From positions 18,512 through 82,511 of IMG/VR virus record IMGVR_UViG_3300025312_000002: 64,000 nt of DNA; one strand, given 5' to 3'. This DNA comes from a virus. Position numbers and translations under genes: made by a program. This document shows positions 47,672 through 58,315 of this stretch, one piece after another. The notes beneath the pieces were generated by a model. That model was not told where the DNA came from. It was given only the letters and a program-made list of their open reading frames with translations, and ran no database searches. Positions within the stretch are counted from its first letter, which is position 1; each line of letters begins with the position of its first letter.

Positions 47672-49729
47672 ATGAAGAAACTTTTATTGGTGGGGGATCA
47701 TCCTTATGGCCATTCAGGAAATTCCCATATGATTAACGCTTGTTTACAACAAATTGATTTAACTAAGTATGATATAACAGTTTTTGCTGCTTTTCCCGTT
47801 TCGTGTCCTGTTTCTTCTGAAGTTAGAATCATTGAAGGAGGGAATAATCCTTATGATGATTTTGGTGCTTCACAGCTTGTTTCTTTTTTGAATCAAAATA
47901 AATTTGATGTTGTTTGTTTTATCGGATTAGATATTTGGACCTATTCTAAAGTCTATCCTCAGTTACTTGAACTAAAAAGAAGAGATAAATTTATTTGGGC
48001 TTCAATTTTTCCTTATGATGCACATTTTGTTAGACAGGATTGGCTATCTCTTTTTAATCCAATTGATATTCCGTGTGTATATTCAGCATATGGCTATGAG
48101 ATGTTAGTAGAGAGTGTTCCAAATCTTTATTATTTTAGACCCCCTCTTTTTGATGCAAAAAAATTTAAATTGTTTTCTGATGCAAAAAAGAAAGAAACAA
48201 GAGAAAAATTATTTCATGAACATGTGAATGAGGACACTTTGCTTTTTGGTTTTTTTGGTCACAATCAATTTAGGAAAGACCCTCTTCGAGTAATAAAAGC
48301 ATTTTTTGAAGTTAAAAAGGAAATTCCTAATTCAGCTTTATATTTGCACACTGAACTTGCTAGTCAAAGAGGAATTTTTAATATAGAACAGTACATAAGG
48401 GATTGTGGAGGAAAACTAGGAGATGTGCTCGTTAAAAAACAGGGGCACTACTATTCTACGGAAACTCTTATTGAAGTCTATAATGCTGTTGATTGTGTTG
48501 TGAATGTTTCTTTGCAGGAAGGTTTGAGTTGGACGGTCCTTGAATCTATGCTTTGTGGAACACCTGTAATTGCTTCAAATAATACAGCACACATAGAATT
48601 AATTGAAGAAGGGGCCGGAATAGGTGTTGCATCTACAGAATTAGCTTATATTCCTCTCTTAGCAGCAAATGGAGCTTCTACATTCATTGAAAGCAAAGCT
48701 TGTTCTTTTCCTGATCTTGTAAGAGCAATGAAATCAGTACAAGATGTTACTCTTAGAAAAGATTTAAAATATCGAGGGATACGAAGAGCAACTGAGTGGT
48801 TACAAAGAGTTTCAGATATAACGAACCTTCTTGATAAAGCATGTAATTATGTGTCTCCTGTACGCAAGGAGAAGGCACGGAAGGAGGCTATTCTTTTTGC
48901 TCAACACTCTTCAGCAGGGGATGTGATTATGACTACCCGTTGCTTTAAAGACCTTAAAAAAAGAAATCCTGACATTCCTTTTTATTACATGACACAAAAG
49001 AAGTATCAGGACATTATTGTAGGCAATCCTTATATTGATGAGATATTTGATTGGGATGAAGCAAAACTACAGGAATACAAGTTTGTTTATAATCCTCACG
49101 GAGAGAGAATACTTCCTGGACACTGGGGAAGAAACAGCAATTCAATCCTTGCTGATTTCTATTGGAAAGTATTAATGATTGATGAGCCTGATGATTTCTT
49201 TATTGATTTGAAAGTTCCTGAGAATCCAATTGCTGATGAAATTTTAGACACAAAGCTCCCTATTTGTATTCTCCACACAACTGGCGGGGATGCTGAGTTC
49301 CGCACCTACGAATATATGGGAGATGTTGCTGAAGGTTTGAGAGACAGATATTTTACTATTCAAGTGGGAGGGAAAGATGATTTTCCTGCAAAAGCTGATC
49401 TTGATTTGAGAGGTAAATTATCTTTTAGAGAAAGTGCTTGGGTAGTCTCGAAAGCTGCTATTGCTGTAACAGTTGATTCTTTTATATCACATCTTTGTGG
49501 GGCATTAGGAGTATCACAAGTATGCTTATTTGGAAGTGGAAATGCATCAGTTGTAAAACCTTTGCAGGTTAAGGGAAAACTCATTGAGATGTCTCCAGAC
49601 TATATAAAAAATTGTATGGGTTTGGGGCCTTGCAGTGCAGGAGTAAGGGAGTGTCCAATAAAGTGCACTGGGTCACACAACCCAAACACAATTTTAGAGA
49701 ATATTAAGAAGTTGGAGGAAACAATCTAA
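47672..49729 (+). CDS. two-domain glycosyltransferase (GT4-like + GT9 heptosyltransferase-like)
   Basis: NQFRKD, EGLSWTVLESM.CGTPVI; SAGDVIMTT, NPYIDE, DLRGKLS, VDS..SHL. Confidence 0.9.
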   Translation: MKKLLLVGDHPYGHSGNSHMINACLQQIDLTKYDITVFAAFPVSCPVSSEVRIIEGGNNPYDDFGASQLVSFLNQNKFDVVCFIGLDIWTYSKVYPQLLELKRRDKFIWASIFPYDAHFVRQDWLSLFNPIDIPCVYSAYGYEMLVESVPNLYYFRPPLFDAKKFKLFSDAKKKETREKLFHEHVNEDTLLFGFFGHNQFRKDPLRVIKAFFEVKKEIPNSALYLHTELASQRGIFNIEQYIRDCGGKLGDVLVKKQGHYYSTETLIEVYNAVDCVVNVSLQEGLSWTVLESMLCGTPVIASNNTAHIELIEEGAGIGVASTELAYIPLLAANGASTFIESKACSFPDLVRAMKSVQDVTLRKDLKYRGIRRATEWLQRVSDITNLLDKACNYVSPVRKEKARKEAILFAQHSSAGDVIMTTRCFKDLKKRNPDIPFYYMTQKKYQDIIVGNPYIDEIFDWDEAKLQEYKFVYNPHGERILPGHWGRNSNSILADFYWKVLMIDEPDDFFIDLKVPENPIADEILDTKLPICILHTTGGDAEFRTYEYMGDVAEGLRDRYFTIQVGGKDDFPAKADLDLRGKLSFRESAWVVSKAAIAVTVDSFISHLCGALGVSQVCLFGSGNASVVKPLQVKGKLIEMSPDYIKNCMGLGPCSAGVRECPIKCTGSHNPNTILENIKKLEETI

Positions 49730-50415
49730 TGAGAAAATTAACAGTGTGCTCAAACATTTTTAATGAGATTAAACAACTCCCCAAGTGGTTTAATTGGGTA
49801 AAAAAAGTAGCTGACGGAGGAATTATAATTGTTGATTCTGGTAGTACAGATGGATCAGTAGAGTATGCAACAGATCAGGGAGCTTTAGTTGTCGTGAGTA
49901 AAATTATCCAGACTGAAGGATATGGGCCTGCAAGAACTCAGTTGAGAGAACTTACGAAAGAATTTCATCCAGATAGCAAATGGATGGTTTACTTCGATGC
50001 GGATGAAACTATAGATGAAAAAGAATTTCATCAATTAAGATGGATAAAGGACTCTTTAATTGATGCTTATGATGTTGTTGCATTTCCTAGAATTGATTGG
50101 CATGATTTTGAGAAGACAAAAGCAGAGAATGATTTTCGCAATGCTCCTGATTGGCAGGCTAGAATGACAAGAATAGAAAGTCCAATTAAGTATGTGCGAA
50201 AACTTCATGAACAAATAACAGGACACAAAAACATTTATTGTAATTTAACTACTCCTAAGCTCAATCATTACCACAGAGCAGTAAAAGATAAGAGAGACAC
50301 AATTGGAAAACTGTGTGCAAAGCTCCATTATGAGGATGTTGCTTTAGGAGCAACTTATCCAAAACATCACAAAGAAGATTATTACTATGAACAGTATTTA
50401 CGGGAAGGTTTATGA
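49729..50415 (+). CDS. GT2-family glycosyltransferase
   Basis: NE, IVDSGSTDGS, FDADE, PDWQ.R, LHE. Confidence 0.88.
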   Translation: MRKLTVCSNIFNEIKQLPKWFNWVKKVADGGIIIVDSGSTDGSVEYATDQGALVVVSKIIQTEGYGPARTQLRELTKEFHPDSKWMVYFDADETIDEKEFHQLRWIKDSLIDAYDVVAFPRIDWHDFEKTKAENDFRNAPDWQARMTRIESPIKYVRKLHEQITGHKNIYCNLTTPKLNHYHRAVKDKRDTIGKLCAKLHYEDVALGATYPKHHKEDYYYEQYLREGL

Positions 50416-51143
50416 ACTTAACAGTCTTTGCAAACTCAACTTTATACACTCCAATGCCTGATGAGGATATTACTCTAGGCAAAGGAAGCACTTTAGATTA
50501 TTTGCAAGAAAAGTATCCTTTTCTTATTGAGGGAAATTGGATAAACGGATTAACTGTTATGAACGTAAAAAATATTTTGCAGAACTATCTTAAAGAACGA
50601 CATAGAAAGAACTGGGTGATTCTAAATGTAGGGGCTGTTGAGTGTTATTCACATCCAGCAAAGAATTTCATTTACTGGTGTTGCCAATATCTTAATTTCT
50701 ATGGGTTAGATTCTTTGTTTACAGCATATGTTCTTCCGAAGATGCTGTTAGCTGCAAAGGATTTGAATGAACAAAATAATCAATATTTTCAAACTCTTAC
50801 AGCAGAACAATTTGGAGAAATCTTCGCATCTGTTTTACCTATGCTTGAGGGATTCTCAGTTATTGTTATTGGGTTAAGTAAACCGAATGTAGAAAGTAAA
50901 AGAATTCATTCTCATTGGAGAATTCAAGCTGAAGAGTACAAGAATGTAATTGAGTGTTTTGCAAAGCAATATAACAACATCACTTACATTGATTGTTGGA
51001 ATAAATATGATCAATATGTTGTTGATACAACTCATTTAACGCCTGAAGGTCATTTTATACTATTTCAAGAAATACAATCTGTTATAGAAGCTGAAAGGGG
51101 AAAGTATGAACAAAGAGGCAGAATTTACTTCAATGGGAAATAA
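50412..51143 (+). CDS. SGNH/GDSL-like hydrolase or O-acyltransferase
   Basis: FANS block I, LNVGAVE, D.THL..EGH. Confidence 0.65.
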   Translation: MNLTVFANSTLYTPMPDEDITLGKGSTLDYLQEKYPFLIEGNWINGLTVMNVKNILQNYLKERHRKNWVILNVGAVECYSHPAKNFIYWCCQYLNFYGLDSLFTAYVLPKMLLAAKDLNEQNNQYFQTLTAEQFGEIFASVLPMLEGFSVIVIGLSKPNVESKRIHSHWRIQAEEYKNVIECFAKQYNNITYIDCWNKYDQYVVDTTHLTPEGHFILFQEIQSVIEAERGKYEQRGRIYFNGK

Positions 51144-52047
51144 GCTTATACATCATCCCAATATTGTTGAGTTACTTCAACATAATAGAGTTTCTCCTAT
51201 TTCCATTCAAATAGCACCTACTTCAAGATGTCAGTTGAATTGTTGTTTTTGCTCTAATACAAACAGAGACAAACAAGAAGAGTTGGAGTATATAAAACTT
51301 ATAGATTTTCTTGCTGATATGAAGTCTTTAGGAGCAAAAACAGTTGAGTGGACAGGAGGAGGTGATCCTTCTTTATATTCCAACATAAATCAAGTAATAA
51401 TTGCATCAGGAATAGCAGGATTTGAACAGGGCTTTATTACTAATGGTTTAGGCTTTGATAAGATAGAGAAAAATGCACTTAATTTCCTGAAGTGGATTCG
51501 CATTTCGATGAATTGTTTAGATTATGTTGAGGAAGTAGAAATCCCTGAACTGCCTAAAGACACAACACTTGGTTTTAGCTATGTTATTAATGCTAAATCT
51601 ACTTTAAAAAGTATGCTCAAATTGAAAACTCATGTTAAAAAATATTCCCCTGCCTATGTGCGTGTTGTCCCTGATTGCCAAACAACTGAGGAGCAGCAAC
51701 AGAAAAATAATAAACTATATGTAAGATGGGTTGAAAAGTGGGGGGAACCTTTTTTTTACCAAGCAAAGATATTTGAGAAACCAAAATTATGTTATTGGGG
51801 AATGGTAAAACCCTTCCTTCTTCACGATGAGTTTGTTTACAGATGTTCCTCTGTTGTGTTGAATAATGATGCTGAAAGAAGTTTTCATGAAAAATATAGA
51901 TGGTGTAAGATGGAAGAGTTAAAAGATGAATATAAAACAGAGATTGTTCCTTTTAAAACAAACAACTGTGAACATTGTGTTTTTACAAAACAAAATGATT
52001 TAGTGCATGAAATTATAAATCCTTCAGCAATGAAGAATTTTATTTAA
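51106..52047 (+). CDS. radical SAM protein
   Basis: CQLNCCFC, WTGGGDP, ITNG, C-terminal Cys cluster. Confidence 0.88.
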   Translation: MNKEAEFTSMGNKLIHHPNIVELLQHNRVSPISIQIAPTSRCQLNCCFCSNTNRDKQEELEYIKLIDFLADMKSLGAKTVEWTGGGDPSLYSNINQVIIASGIAGFEQGFITNGLGFDKIEKNALNFLKWIRISMNCLDYVEEVEIPELPKDTTLGFSYVINAKSTLKSMLKLKTHVKKYSPAYVRVVPDCQTTEEQQQKNNKLYVRWVEKWGEPFFYQAKIFEKPKLCYWGMVKPFLLHDEFVYRCSSVVLNNDAERSFHEKYRWCKMEELKDEYKTEIVPFKTNNCEHCVFTKQNDLVHEIINPSAMKNFI

Positions 52048-52054
52048 GGAGGAA

Positions 52055-52858
52055 ATGATAATGTTTATAATGCCTAAAGAATGGTTGCTGAAATATTATG
52101 GAAGCAAAGAAAATCAAATTCAGCAAACAAAAGAATGGCTTTTACAATACGGGCATAATGTGACTGTTCGACAAATTGAGGAATGGAAAAACTATAAACA
52201 CCTTGCAGAATATCAACCCAACACCAATGATATTGTTCAACAATGTGTTGATAAGGTGATAGGCTGTTTTGAGTTTGAAACTGAACTTCAAGCACATAGG
52301 TTTGTAAATATGCTTAGAGTTCCCCTTTCCGCGAGTTATGAGGGGGCTTTAGACGTAGTTCAGCCTAAAATCATGCTTGAGTTAGGTGTAGGAGGAGATT
52401 CAGGAATTTCGACCTCTGTGTTCCTTGCATATATTGAGAAGAGCGGGAATTATTTACAATCAGTAGAAATAAATCCTCTTGGAATGACAGGAGTGAGATA
52501 TGAACAGTATATGAACACTATTTGGAGATTTAAATATGATGACAGTGTGACTTTTCTTAATGAGAAGGTGGCAAAGGATCAGAGATATGATATGATTTTC
52601 ATTGATACTTCTCATACCTATGAGCATACGATGTCGGAAATGAAATCAGCTTCTTTAATAACAAGTAATATGCTGATGGATGATGCTTTGTTTGAAGGAA
52701 ATGAAACAGACAAAATTCAAGGAGGGGTAAAACGAGCAATTGCTGAGTGGGTAGAAGTAAATAAGAATTGGGAAAAGATTGATTTTTGGCAAGGGAATAC
52801 AGTTTTATTGAGAAAAGAAAATGAATTGAAAGCAAAGAAAGTTAAGGCTGTAAAATGA
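52055..52858 (+). CDS. class I SAM methyltransferase (Methyltransf_24-like)
   Basis: LELGV..G.ST, FIDTSHTYE, MDD, GGVKRAI. Confidence 0.85.
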   Translation: MIMFIMPKEWLLKYYGSKENQIQQTKEWLLQYGHNVTVRQIEEWKNYKHLAEYQPNTNDIVQQCVDKVIGCFEFETELQAHRFVNMLRVPLSASYEGALDVVQPKIMLELGVGGDSGISTSVFLAYIEKSGNYLQSVEINPLGMTGVRYEQYMNTIWRFKYDDSVTFLNEKVAKDQRYDMIFIDTSHTYEHTMSEMKSASLITSNMLMDDALFEGNETDKIQGGVKRAIAEWVEVNKNWEKIDFWQGNTVLLRKENELKAKKVKAVK

Positions 52859-53526
52859 AAGACTGGCAAAAATTCGCAATTGAGAGTTTTGATAAAGAAA
52901 AGTTTTATGAGTTTCCTGCTTTCATAAGTGCTGAAGATACTGCATTTCAACGGTATCGTACTTATGAAAGATTTGTTTGGGATACTGTAGAACGATGCGG
53001 ATGTATTGCTGCTGCAACTTTAAGTATGCTATTCAAACCGAAAGTCATTGTTGAGATGGGTGTTAATGTAGGGTGGACTTCCTTACTTTTGTGCAAATTG
53101 AATCCTGAAGCAAGGATATACGGGGTTGATATTTCAGGGGTATTTCAGAACGGAGATTTTTCTTATCTTCCGACAGGGTATACTCCATTTATGCACAATT
53201 GCCAAAATTATTCTTTAACAATTGTTAATTCTTATGAGTGTGTTATGCCCAATCAAGTTGATTTATGCTTTATAGATGCTTGTCATTTTTTGCCTGAAGT
53301 TGAGTTAGATACTTGGAGAGCTTGGGAAAATAGAAACACAAAAGGGGATTGGTGTATTGCTTGGGATGACTATCATGAGAATAATCCTGATGTTTTTAAT
53401 ACAGTGAATAAATTTGTAGAGGAAGTTGGAATGCCTTTACAAAAAATAGGCAGTTGGTATTGGATAGGCACAAAAATTGTGTCTGAAGATGAACTTTCTA
53501 ACATTCAATCCGAAGGAGGAAATTGA
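52855..53526 (+). CDS. class I SAM methyltransferase (Methyltransf_24-like)
   Basis: VEMGV..G.TS, GVDI, FIDACH, WDDY. Confidence 0.85.
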   Translation: MKDWQKFAIESFDKEKFYEFPAFISAEDTAFQRYRTYERFVWDTVERCGCIAAATLSMLFKPKVIVEMGVNVGWTSLLLCKLNPEARIYGVDISGVFQNGDFSYLPTGYTPFMHNCQNYSLTIVNSYECVMPNQVDLCFIDACHFLPEVELDTWRAWENRNTKGDWCIAWDDYHENNPDVFNTVNKFVEEVGMPLQKIGSWYWIGTKIVSEDELSNIQSEGGN

Positions 53527-53527
53527 A

Positions 53528-54532
53528 ATGACAAAGGTGGCAATTGCAATCGCACATGGGCACACAGCAAAATATTTGCAGATAGCAGTTCATAGTTTAC
53601 AGACACTAGAGAATATAATTGAGCCTGATATTTATATTGCAGAAACTTGGCCTGGACATCCTTCAATAAAAGCTGTTACTGAATCTGATTTGGGTCATAA
53701 TATAACAGTAATTCCTTGTGTGAGACGAAAACATAGTCATGCTACAGCTCTTGAGGAGATATTAGAAGCAATTGAAGGCAAAGGGTATGATTTTTTATTT
53801 GCAATGGAAACGGATACACAAGCTATGAAGGTGGGATGGCTTGATTGGTATGTTAATTTTATGAAAGATGAACCAACAATAGGGCTTGCGGGTTTCTTTT
53901 GGCATGAGGGAGATCATCATTATAATATCAATCCTTCTGCTACTCTTTATCGAGTAGATATGCTTCAACAATACCATAAAGAAGCAAGGGCAAATAATGA
54001 AGGAATGTTTTGGCATCCTAGAGGAAATAAACCTGATAATACTCCTGGGATGGATAATACAATTAAAGATGTTGTGGGGTGTTTTGCTGAAACAAGAGGA
54101 ATTAAAAATCCGACAGATGTTCAGAAAGATGCTATAGTAAGAGGAGTTCCTGAAGCAGCATGGTTTGAACCTGGACAATGGTTATATTGTAGATTGCAGG
54201 GAGAATGGAAAGAAGCGAGAGTGCCTGTAGATCATATTTATATGCAGTTTCCTGGGCACACTGCTCCTGAAGGTACTTATTATGGAAGTAAAGCTGATCC
54301 TCAGTTTATCCATCGGTGGGGTGGAACCCGTGCCTACGATTGGAAAAAACATAGAGTGGATGACCATTTTGTTAAATCATGTGCTCCAATGTGGATTGCA
54401 CGAGAAGATAAACTTTGGAAAGAATTTGTTCCAGAAAGTTATAGAGGAATAGTACATGAATTGAATCAGGAAGAGGACATATTGAAACTTATGAATGATA
54501 ACTTAGGTTTTATTATTCCAGAGGCGTTATAA
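53528..54532 (+). CDS. putative GT-A fold glycosyltransferase
   Basis: HATAL, FAMETD (DxD-like), HRWGGT; cluster context. Confidence 0.55.
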   Translation: MTKVAIAIAHGHTAKYLQIAVHSLQTLENIIEPDIYIAETWPGHPSIKAVTESDLGHNITVIPCVRRKHSHATALEEILEAIEGKGYDFLFAMETDTQAMKVGWLDWYVNFMKDEPTIGLAGFFWHEGDHHYNINPSATLYRVDMLQQYHKEARANNEGMFWHPRGNKPDNTPGMDNTIKDVVGCFAETRGIKNPTDVQKDAIVRGVPEAAWFEPGQWLYCRLQGEWKEARVPVDHIYMQFPGHTAPEGTYYGSKADPQFIHRWGGTRAYDWKKHRVDDHFVKSCAPMWIAREDKLWKEFVPESYRGIVHELNQEEDILKLMNDNLGFIIPEAL

Positions 54533-55371
54533 TGAATATTCAAATCGAGTCTTCCAACTGCTGTAATTTAGCATGTAGTGAATGCCCACAACATTTAATG
54601 AAACGCAAGAGACAAGTAATGTCAAAAGAAGTTTTTGATGTTGTCCTTGATAAATACATTGCTCCTTTAAAGAATGAAGAAGATAGATTAGGCTATCCTC
54701 CGACTGTCATATGGCACAAAGACGGGGAGCCGCTAACTAATTGTAATTTAAAGGATTTTATGATTAAGGTTGCAATGAGAAAGCCTGAATTCAGATTTAA
54801 TCTATATACAAACGGGTTATTACTGACAGAGGACTTCCTTGATTTTTTGAATAGACTTCCTAATCTAACTTGGCTTTTCATTTCTTATCATTTTTTTAAT
54901 TTTAATGGAGAAAGAAATGATTATTCAAAACTTGATGAATTGATTATCAAGGCATTGAATAGTAGAGAAAAGAAGTATGAGCACATCAAGTTTGTTTTTA
55001 CTTCTCATGTCACAAGATTTATCACAAAAGATGATTTGAATATGTGGGGAACAATTTGGAAAACAAAAGTTCCTGAAGACAGGTTAACAATTGGAATCAA
55101 CGATTGTATTAACCCTTGGACAGGTTTAATTGATGAACCTAACTGTGTCAAGTTTGATGGGTGTCCTTATGCTGATTTTGGTCATTTGTTTATAGGTGTG
55201 ACAGGCAATGTACTCCCGTGTTGTATGTGCCTTGAAGAAGATATTATATTTGGGAATATTATGACTGATGTTCCTGAAGATATTTATTCAAAAGCAAATG
55301 ATTTTTATACTCGTTTAAGAGAAAAGGATTTGCCCCATGATCTTTGTAAGAATTGTTTAGGAGTGAAATAA
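54532..55371 (+). CDS. radical SAM/SPASM protein
   Basis: CNLACSEC, DGEP, YTNG, GNVLPCC, LCKNC. Confidence 0.88.
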   Translation: MNIQIESSNCCNLACSECPQHLMKRKRQVMSKEVFDVVLDKYIAPLKNEEDRLGYPPTVIWHKDGEPLTNCNLKDFMIKVAMRKPEFRFNLYTNGLLLTEDFLDFLNRLPNLTWLFISYHFFNFNGERNDYSKLDELIIKALNSREKKYEHIKFVFTSHVTRFITKDDLNMWGTIWKTKVPEDRLTIGINDCINPWTGLIDEPNCVKFDGCPYADFGHLFIGVTGNVLPCCMCLEEDIIFGNIMTDVPEDIYSKANDFYTRLREKDLPHDLCKNCLGVK

Positions 55372-55988
55372 TGAACTCAAGTTTTTATGATCGTGAATAT
55401 TATGAAGAAGGTTTGGAGTCGGGTAAGAGTGCTTATCAGCAATATCGCTGGGTGCCTGAGCTTACAATTCCTCTTGCAATGACTTTGATTGATTATCTTC
55501 AGATTAAAAAGGAACAAACAATTTTAGATTTTGGCTGTTCAAAAGGATACTTAGTTAAAGCATTACGAATTTTGCGTAGAGAGGCATGGGGAATTGATAT
55601 TTCAGACTATGCGTTAAAGTGTGTGCCTGAAGATGTTAAAGCTTTCTGCCGCCCTCCTAGTTTATTGGAAACTTCTTCTTTTGATTTCTGTATAGCAAAG
55701 GATGTTTTTGAACACATTCCTTTGAGGGATTTAGCAGAGGTTTTACAGAAGTTACACACAAGCACTTTGTTTGCTGTTATTCCTTTAGGAGAAAATGGGA
55801 AGTATAATGCAGAAGTAAACAACCTTGATAAATCCCATTTGATTTGTGAAAGTGCAGCATTTTGGGGGACATTTTTTTCTACAGTAGGATGGCAAGTGAT
55901 AAATTTTTCATATCATGTAGATGGAATTAAAGAAAGTTATATTCATATTCCTAAAGCTCATGGGTTCTTCACATTGGAGAAAAGATAA
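55371..55988 (+). CDS. class I SAM methyltransferase
   Basis: ILDFGCSKG, GIDIS, DVFEHI. Confidence 0.88.
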   Translation: MNSSFYDREYYEEGLESGKSAYQQYRWVPELTIPLAMTLIDYLQIKKEQTILDFGCSKGYLVKALRILRREAWGIDISDYALKCVPEDVKAFCRPPSLLETSSFDFCIAKDVFEHIPLRDLAEVLQKLHTSTLFAVIPLGENGKYNAEVNNLDKSHLICESAAFWGTFFSTVGWQVINFSYHVDGIKESYIHIPKAHGFFTLEKR

Positions 55989-56356
55989 TGCTGACTGTGT
56001 TTATTATTCCTTTAGCTGATAGTAGGACTGAAAAAACAATAGAATCATTTGTTGGAATTGAGTGTGATGTGAAAGTATTGGAAGATAGAAATTTTAATGA
56101 AGTAGCAAAAACTAAATGGAAAATGTTTATGTTTAACAATGAAGTTCTTACTGAGGAATTAAATGTAGCAATCCCAATCTTTCTTAAAGAAGGGACAGCA
56201 GATATTTATAAGATTTATAAACAGAAAGGGAAGGAAATAACAATTGCACCAAGGCTGTTTAAATCAGAAATTGAATTAAAAAAAGATTGTCTTCTTCCTG
56301 TTAAAGGAATTGAGAAATATAAAATTGAAACAATACTAAATGGGTTTATAAATTGA
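55988..56356 (+). CDS. degenerate GT2-like small protein
   Basis: LTVFII..KTIES, AKTKW.MF..NE, PRLF resemble a reduced GT-A domain. Confidence 0.4.
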   Translation: MLTVFIIPLADSRTEKTIESFVGIECDVKVLEDRNFNEVAKTKWKMFMFNNEVLTEELNVAIPIFLKEGTADIYKIYKQKGKEITIAPRLFKSEIELKKDCLLPVKGIEKYKIETILNGFIN

Positions 56357-56383
56357 AGTGTATTTTCTCTAACGGAATAAAGT

Positions 56384-56959
56384 ATGATAGAAATAGATGC
56401 TCAGTACGATAAAAAAGAACTTCAAAACATACTTGACAAGATCAAGGCTGTTGATAAGGAAGTTCGGTATCAAATTGCAGGCCCAGGTGAATTACCAAGA
56501 CAGTTATCAATCAAATATGCTGAGGAAGTAAGAATTTCTCTTACAAGACAAGAATTTGTGGGAAAATATAAAGCATATAATGCTAAATATGCAGAATGGA
56601 AAGCAGAGCACGGAAAAGGAGGGGGTTTTTGGCAGTTGATGGGAGATTTGCTTATGAGTATAAGAGGGGGATTTAGAGTAGCAGACGGTTTTTATGGGGG
56701 CATTCCTTTTGGATCAAGGGATTCAGGAGGAAAGAATTGGACAGGAAGTGGGCCTTCTAAGAGTATAGTTATGTACACTAATGTGATGGAAGAAGGCATT
56801 CCTAAAAGCATAAGAGGTTCAGGGGTTCATTCTAAGCGTCCATTATTTGAACCTTCTTTTAGGAAATTTGTTTTTTCTGCTTCAAGAGGGAATTCAGGAC
56901 TTGCTTGGAGGCTTGCTGATAATGCTATGATGAAAATTGCAGACGGGTGGACAAAATGA
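56384..56959 (+). CDS. HK97 gp10-like neck/tail completion protein
   Basis: Y..VMEEG, RPLFEP motif, synteny. Confidence 0.6.
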   Translation: MIEIDAQYDKKELQNILDKIKAVDKEVRYQIAGPGELPRQLSIKYAEEVRISLTRQEFVGKYKAYNAKYAEWKAEHGKGGGFWQLMGDLLMSIRGGFRVADGFYGGIPFGSRDSGGKNWTGSGPSKSIVMYTNVMEEGIPKSIRGSGVHSKRPLFEPSFRKFVFSASRGNSGLAWRLADNAMMKIADGWTK

Positions 56960-57161
56960 AAATTTTAGAGGTACAGGCAAGATCAGTAGTTGTGATTTTT
57001 GAAGAAACTATTGAAGGGCTTGAGAAAATTAAATCTGCACTTGATTGTGCCGTATTGAAATCTTCAACAGATGAAGAGAAAGAAGCCATATCTTACTTGA
57101 CTATGGTTGTGTATCCTTTTATACTACAGACGTTAGAAGGCATTAAAGGAAAGGAAGAAAA

Positions 57162-57491
57162 ATGACTTGGGAGTACCGAGGACAAGTATATAACGATTCC
57201 GATCTTGAAGAAGGATTAACTTGGGAATTAGTTGAGGCTATTCATTGTGGTACTTTAATTGATGATGTTGTAAATTGGACATATACAGTCCTTGATTCTG
57301 TTTCAAGCAATCCGATTCAAGATGTAACAGTAAAAATAACAACTGATATTCTCGGAGCGAATATGATTGCTACATCAACAACGAATCAACAGGGAATTGC
57401 TTCTTTTCAATTAAATAGAGGAACTGTATATATTTGGTGTTTTAAATATGGGTACAGTTTTTCTAATCCGCAAAGTGAGGTAATTGCATGA
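57162..57491 (+). CDS. small Ig/transthyretin-like beta-sandwich virion protein
   Basis: PIQDVTV..TTNQQG.A.F.L..G..K.GY pattern. Confidence 0.55.
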   Translation: MTWEYRGQVYNDSDLEEGLTWELVEAIHCGTLIDDVVNWTYTVLDSVSSNPIQDVTVKITTDILGANMIATSTTNQQGIASFQLNRGTVYIWCFKYGYSFSNPQSEVIA

Positions 57492-58000
57492 GCGGAGCAA
57501 CAGGATATGGAACAAGTGTAATTGAAGCATCAGGACTTGATTCTACGGCAAGAGAAAGTAATATTAGAGACAGCATAAAAAAATATTTTGTTGATAATAT
57601 CAGCAGAATTGAAGGAATAGCTTTATTGTTTGATGAGTATCTTACAACTCCTAAAGTGCAGGGAATAGAAGTTGATAAATGGGTTGCAGTGATGATGGGG
57701 GAAATTGATCTCGGAACTCTATCAGATATTACTTTAGAAATATATTGTTGTACAAAAAAGGATTCGGAAGGATTTAAACTTGCTCAGGTAAGAGATAAGG
57801 TTATGAATTACCTTATTGATACAACACAAACAGACGGGTTTGCAAGAATTACTTTATATAGGTCTTCTGCAACGCTTGCTTGGGGAAATATAGGAACAAT
57901 GATTGTTCAAATTCAATCAGAATCAAGACAAATGAAAGCTGAGGACAATAGTAAATTTAAAGTAATTACTGTTAGATTGTTATGGGCCGCCAAAGTCTAA
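57488..58000 (+). CDS. probable tail terminator
   Basis: Size, alpha/beta pattern, synteny before tail tube. Confidence 0.55.
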   Translation: MSGATGYGTSVIEASGLDSTARESNIRDSIKKYFVDNISRIEGIALLFDEYLTTPKVQGIEVDKWVAVMMGEIDLGTLSDITLEIYCCTKKDSEGFKLAQVRDKVMNYLIDTTQTDGFARITLYRSSATLAWGNIGTMIVQIQSESRQMKAEDNSKFKVITVRLLWAAKV

Positions 58001-58009
58001 GGAATTGTT

Positions 58010-58300
58010 ATGATAAATGAAACAGAACCTAAAATATTCCTTGTTTGTGAAAAATGCGGGAAAAAATTGATTGAGAGAAAACCTAACGGGTTATTTCATT
58101 TCATATTTGGAAAGAAGAAAGATGGAAACGGAAGATTATATGAATTTTGTCCTGTTGAGATTATGATTCATGGATCAATAAGAATGAGGTGTATTGCAAG
58201 AGAATGTGGATATTGGAATGTATTTAACTATTTTTCTTTTGAGGATAAAATCAATCGCAATGCGAATAATCAATCATTGGAAACAAATAAAACATTTTAG
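58010..58300 (+). CDS. Com-like zinc-finger protein
   Basis: CEKCGKKL..RC...CGYWN. Confidence 0.6.
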   Translation: MINETEPKIFLVCEKCGKKLIERKPNGLFHFIFGKKKDGNGRLYEFCPVEIMIHGSIRMRCIARECGYWNVFNYFSFEDKINRNANNQSLETNKTF

Positions 58301-58315
58301 AAGGAGGAAATAAAG

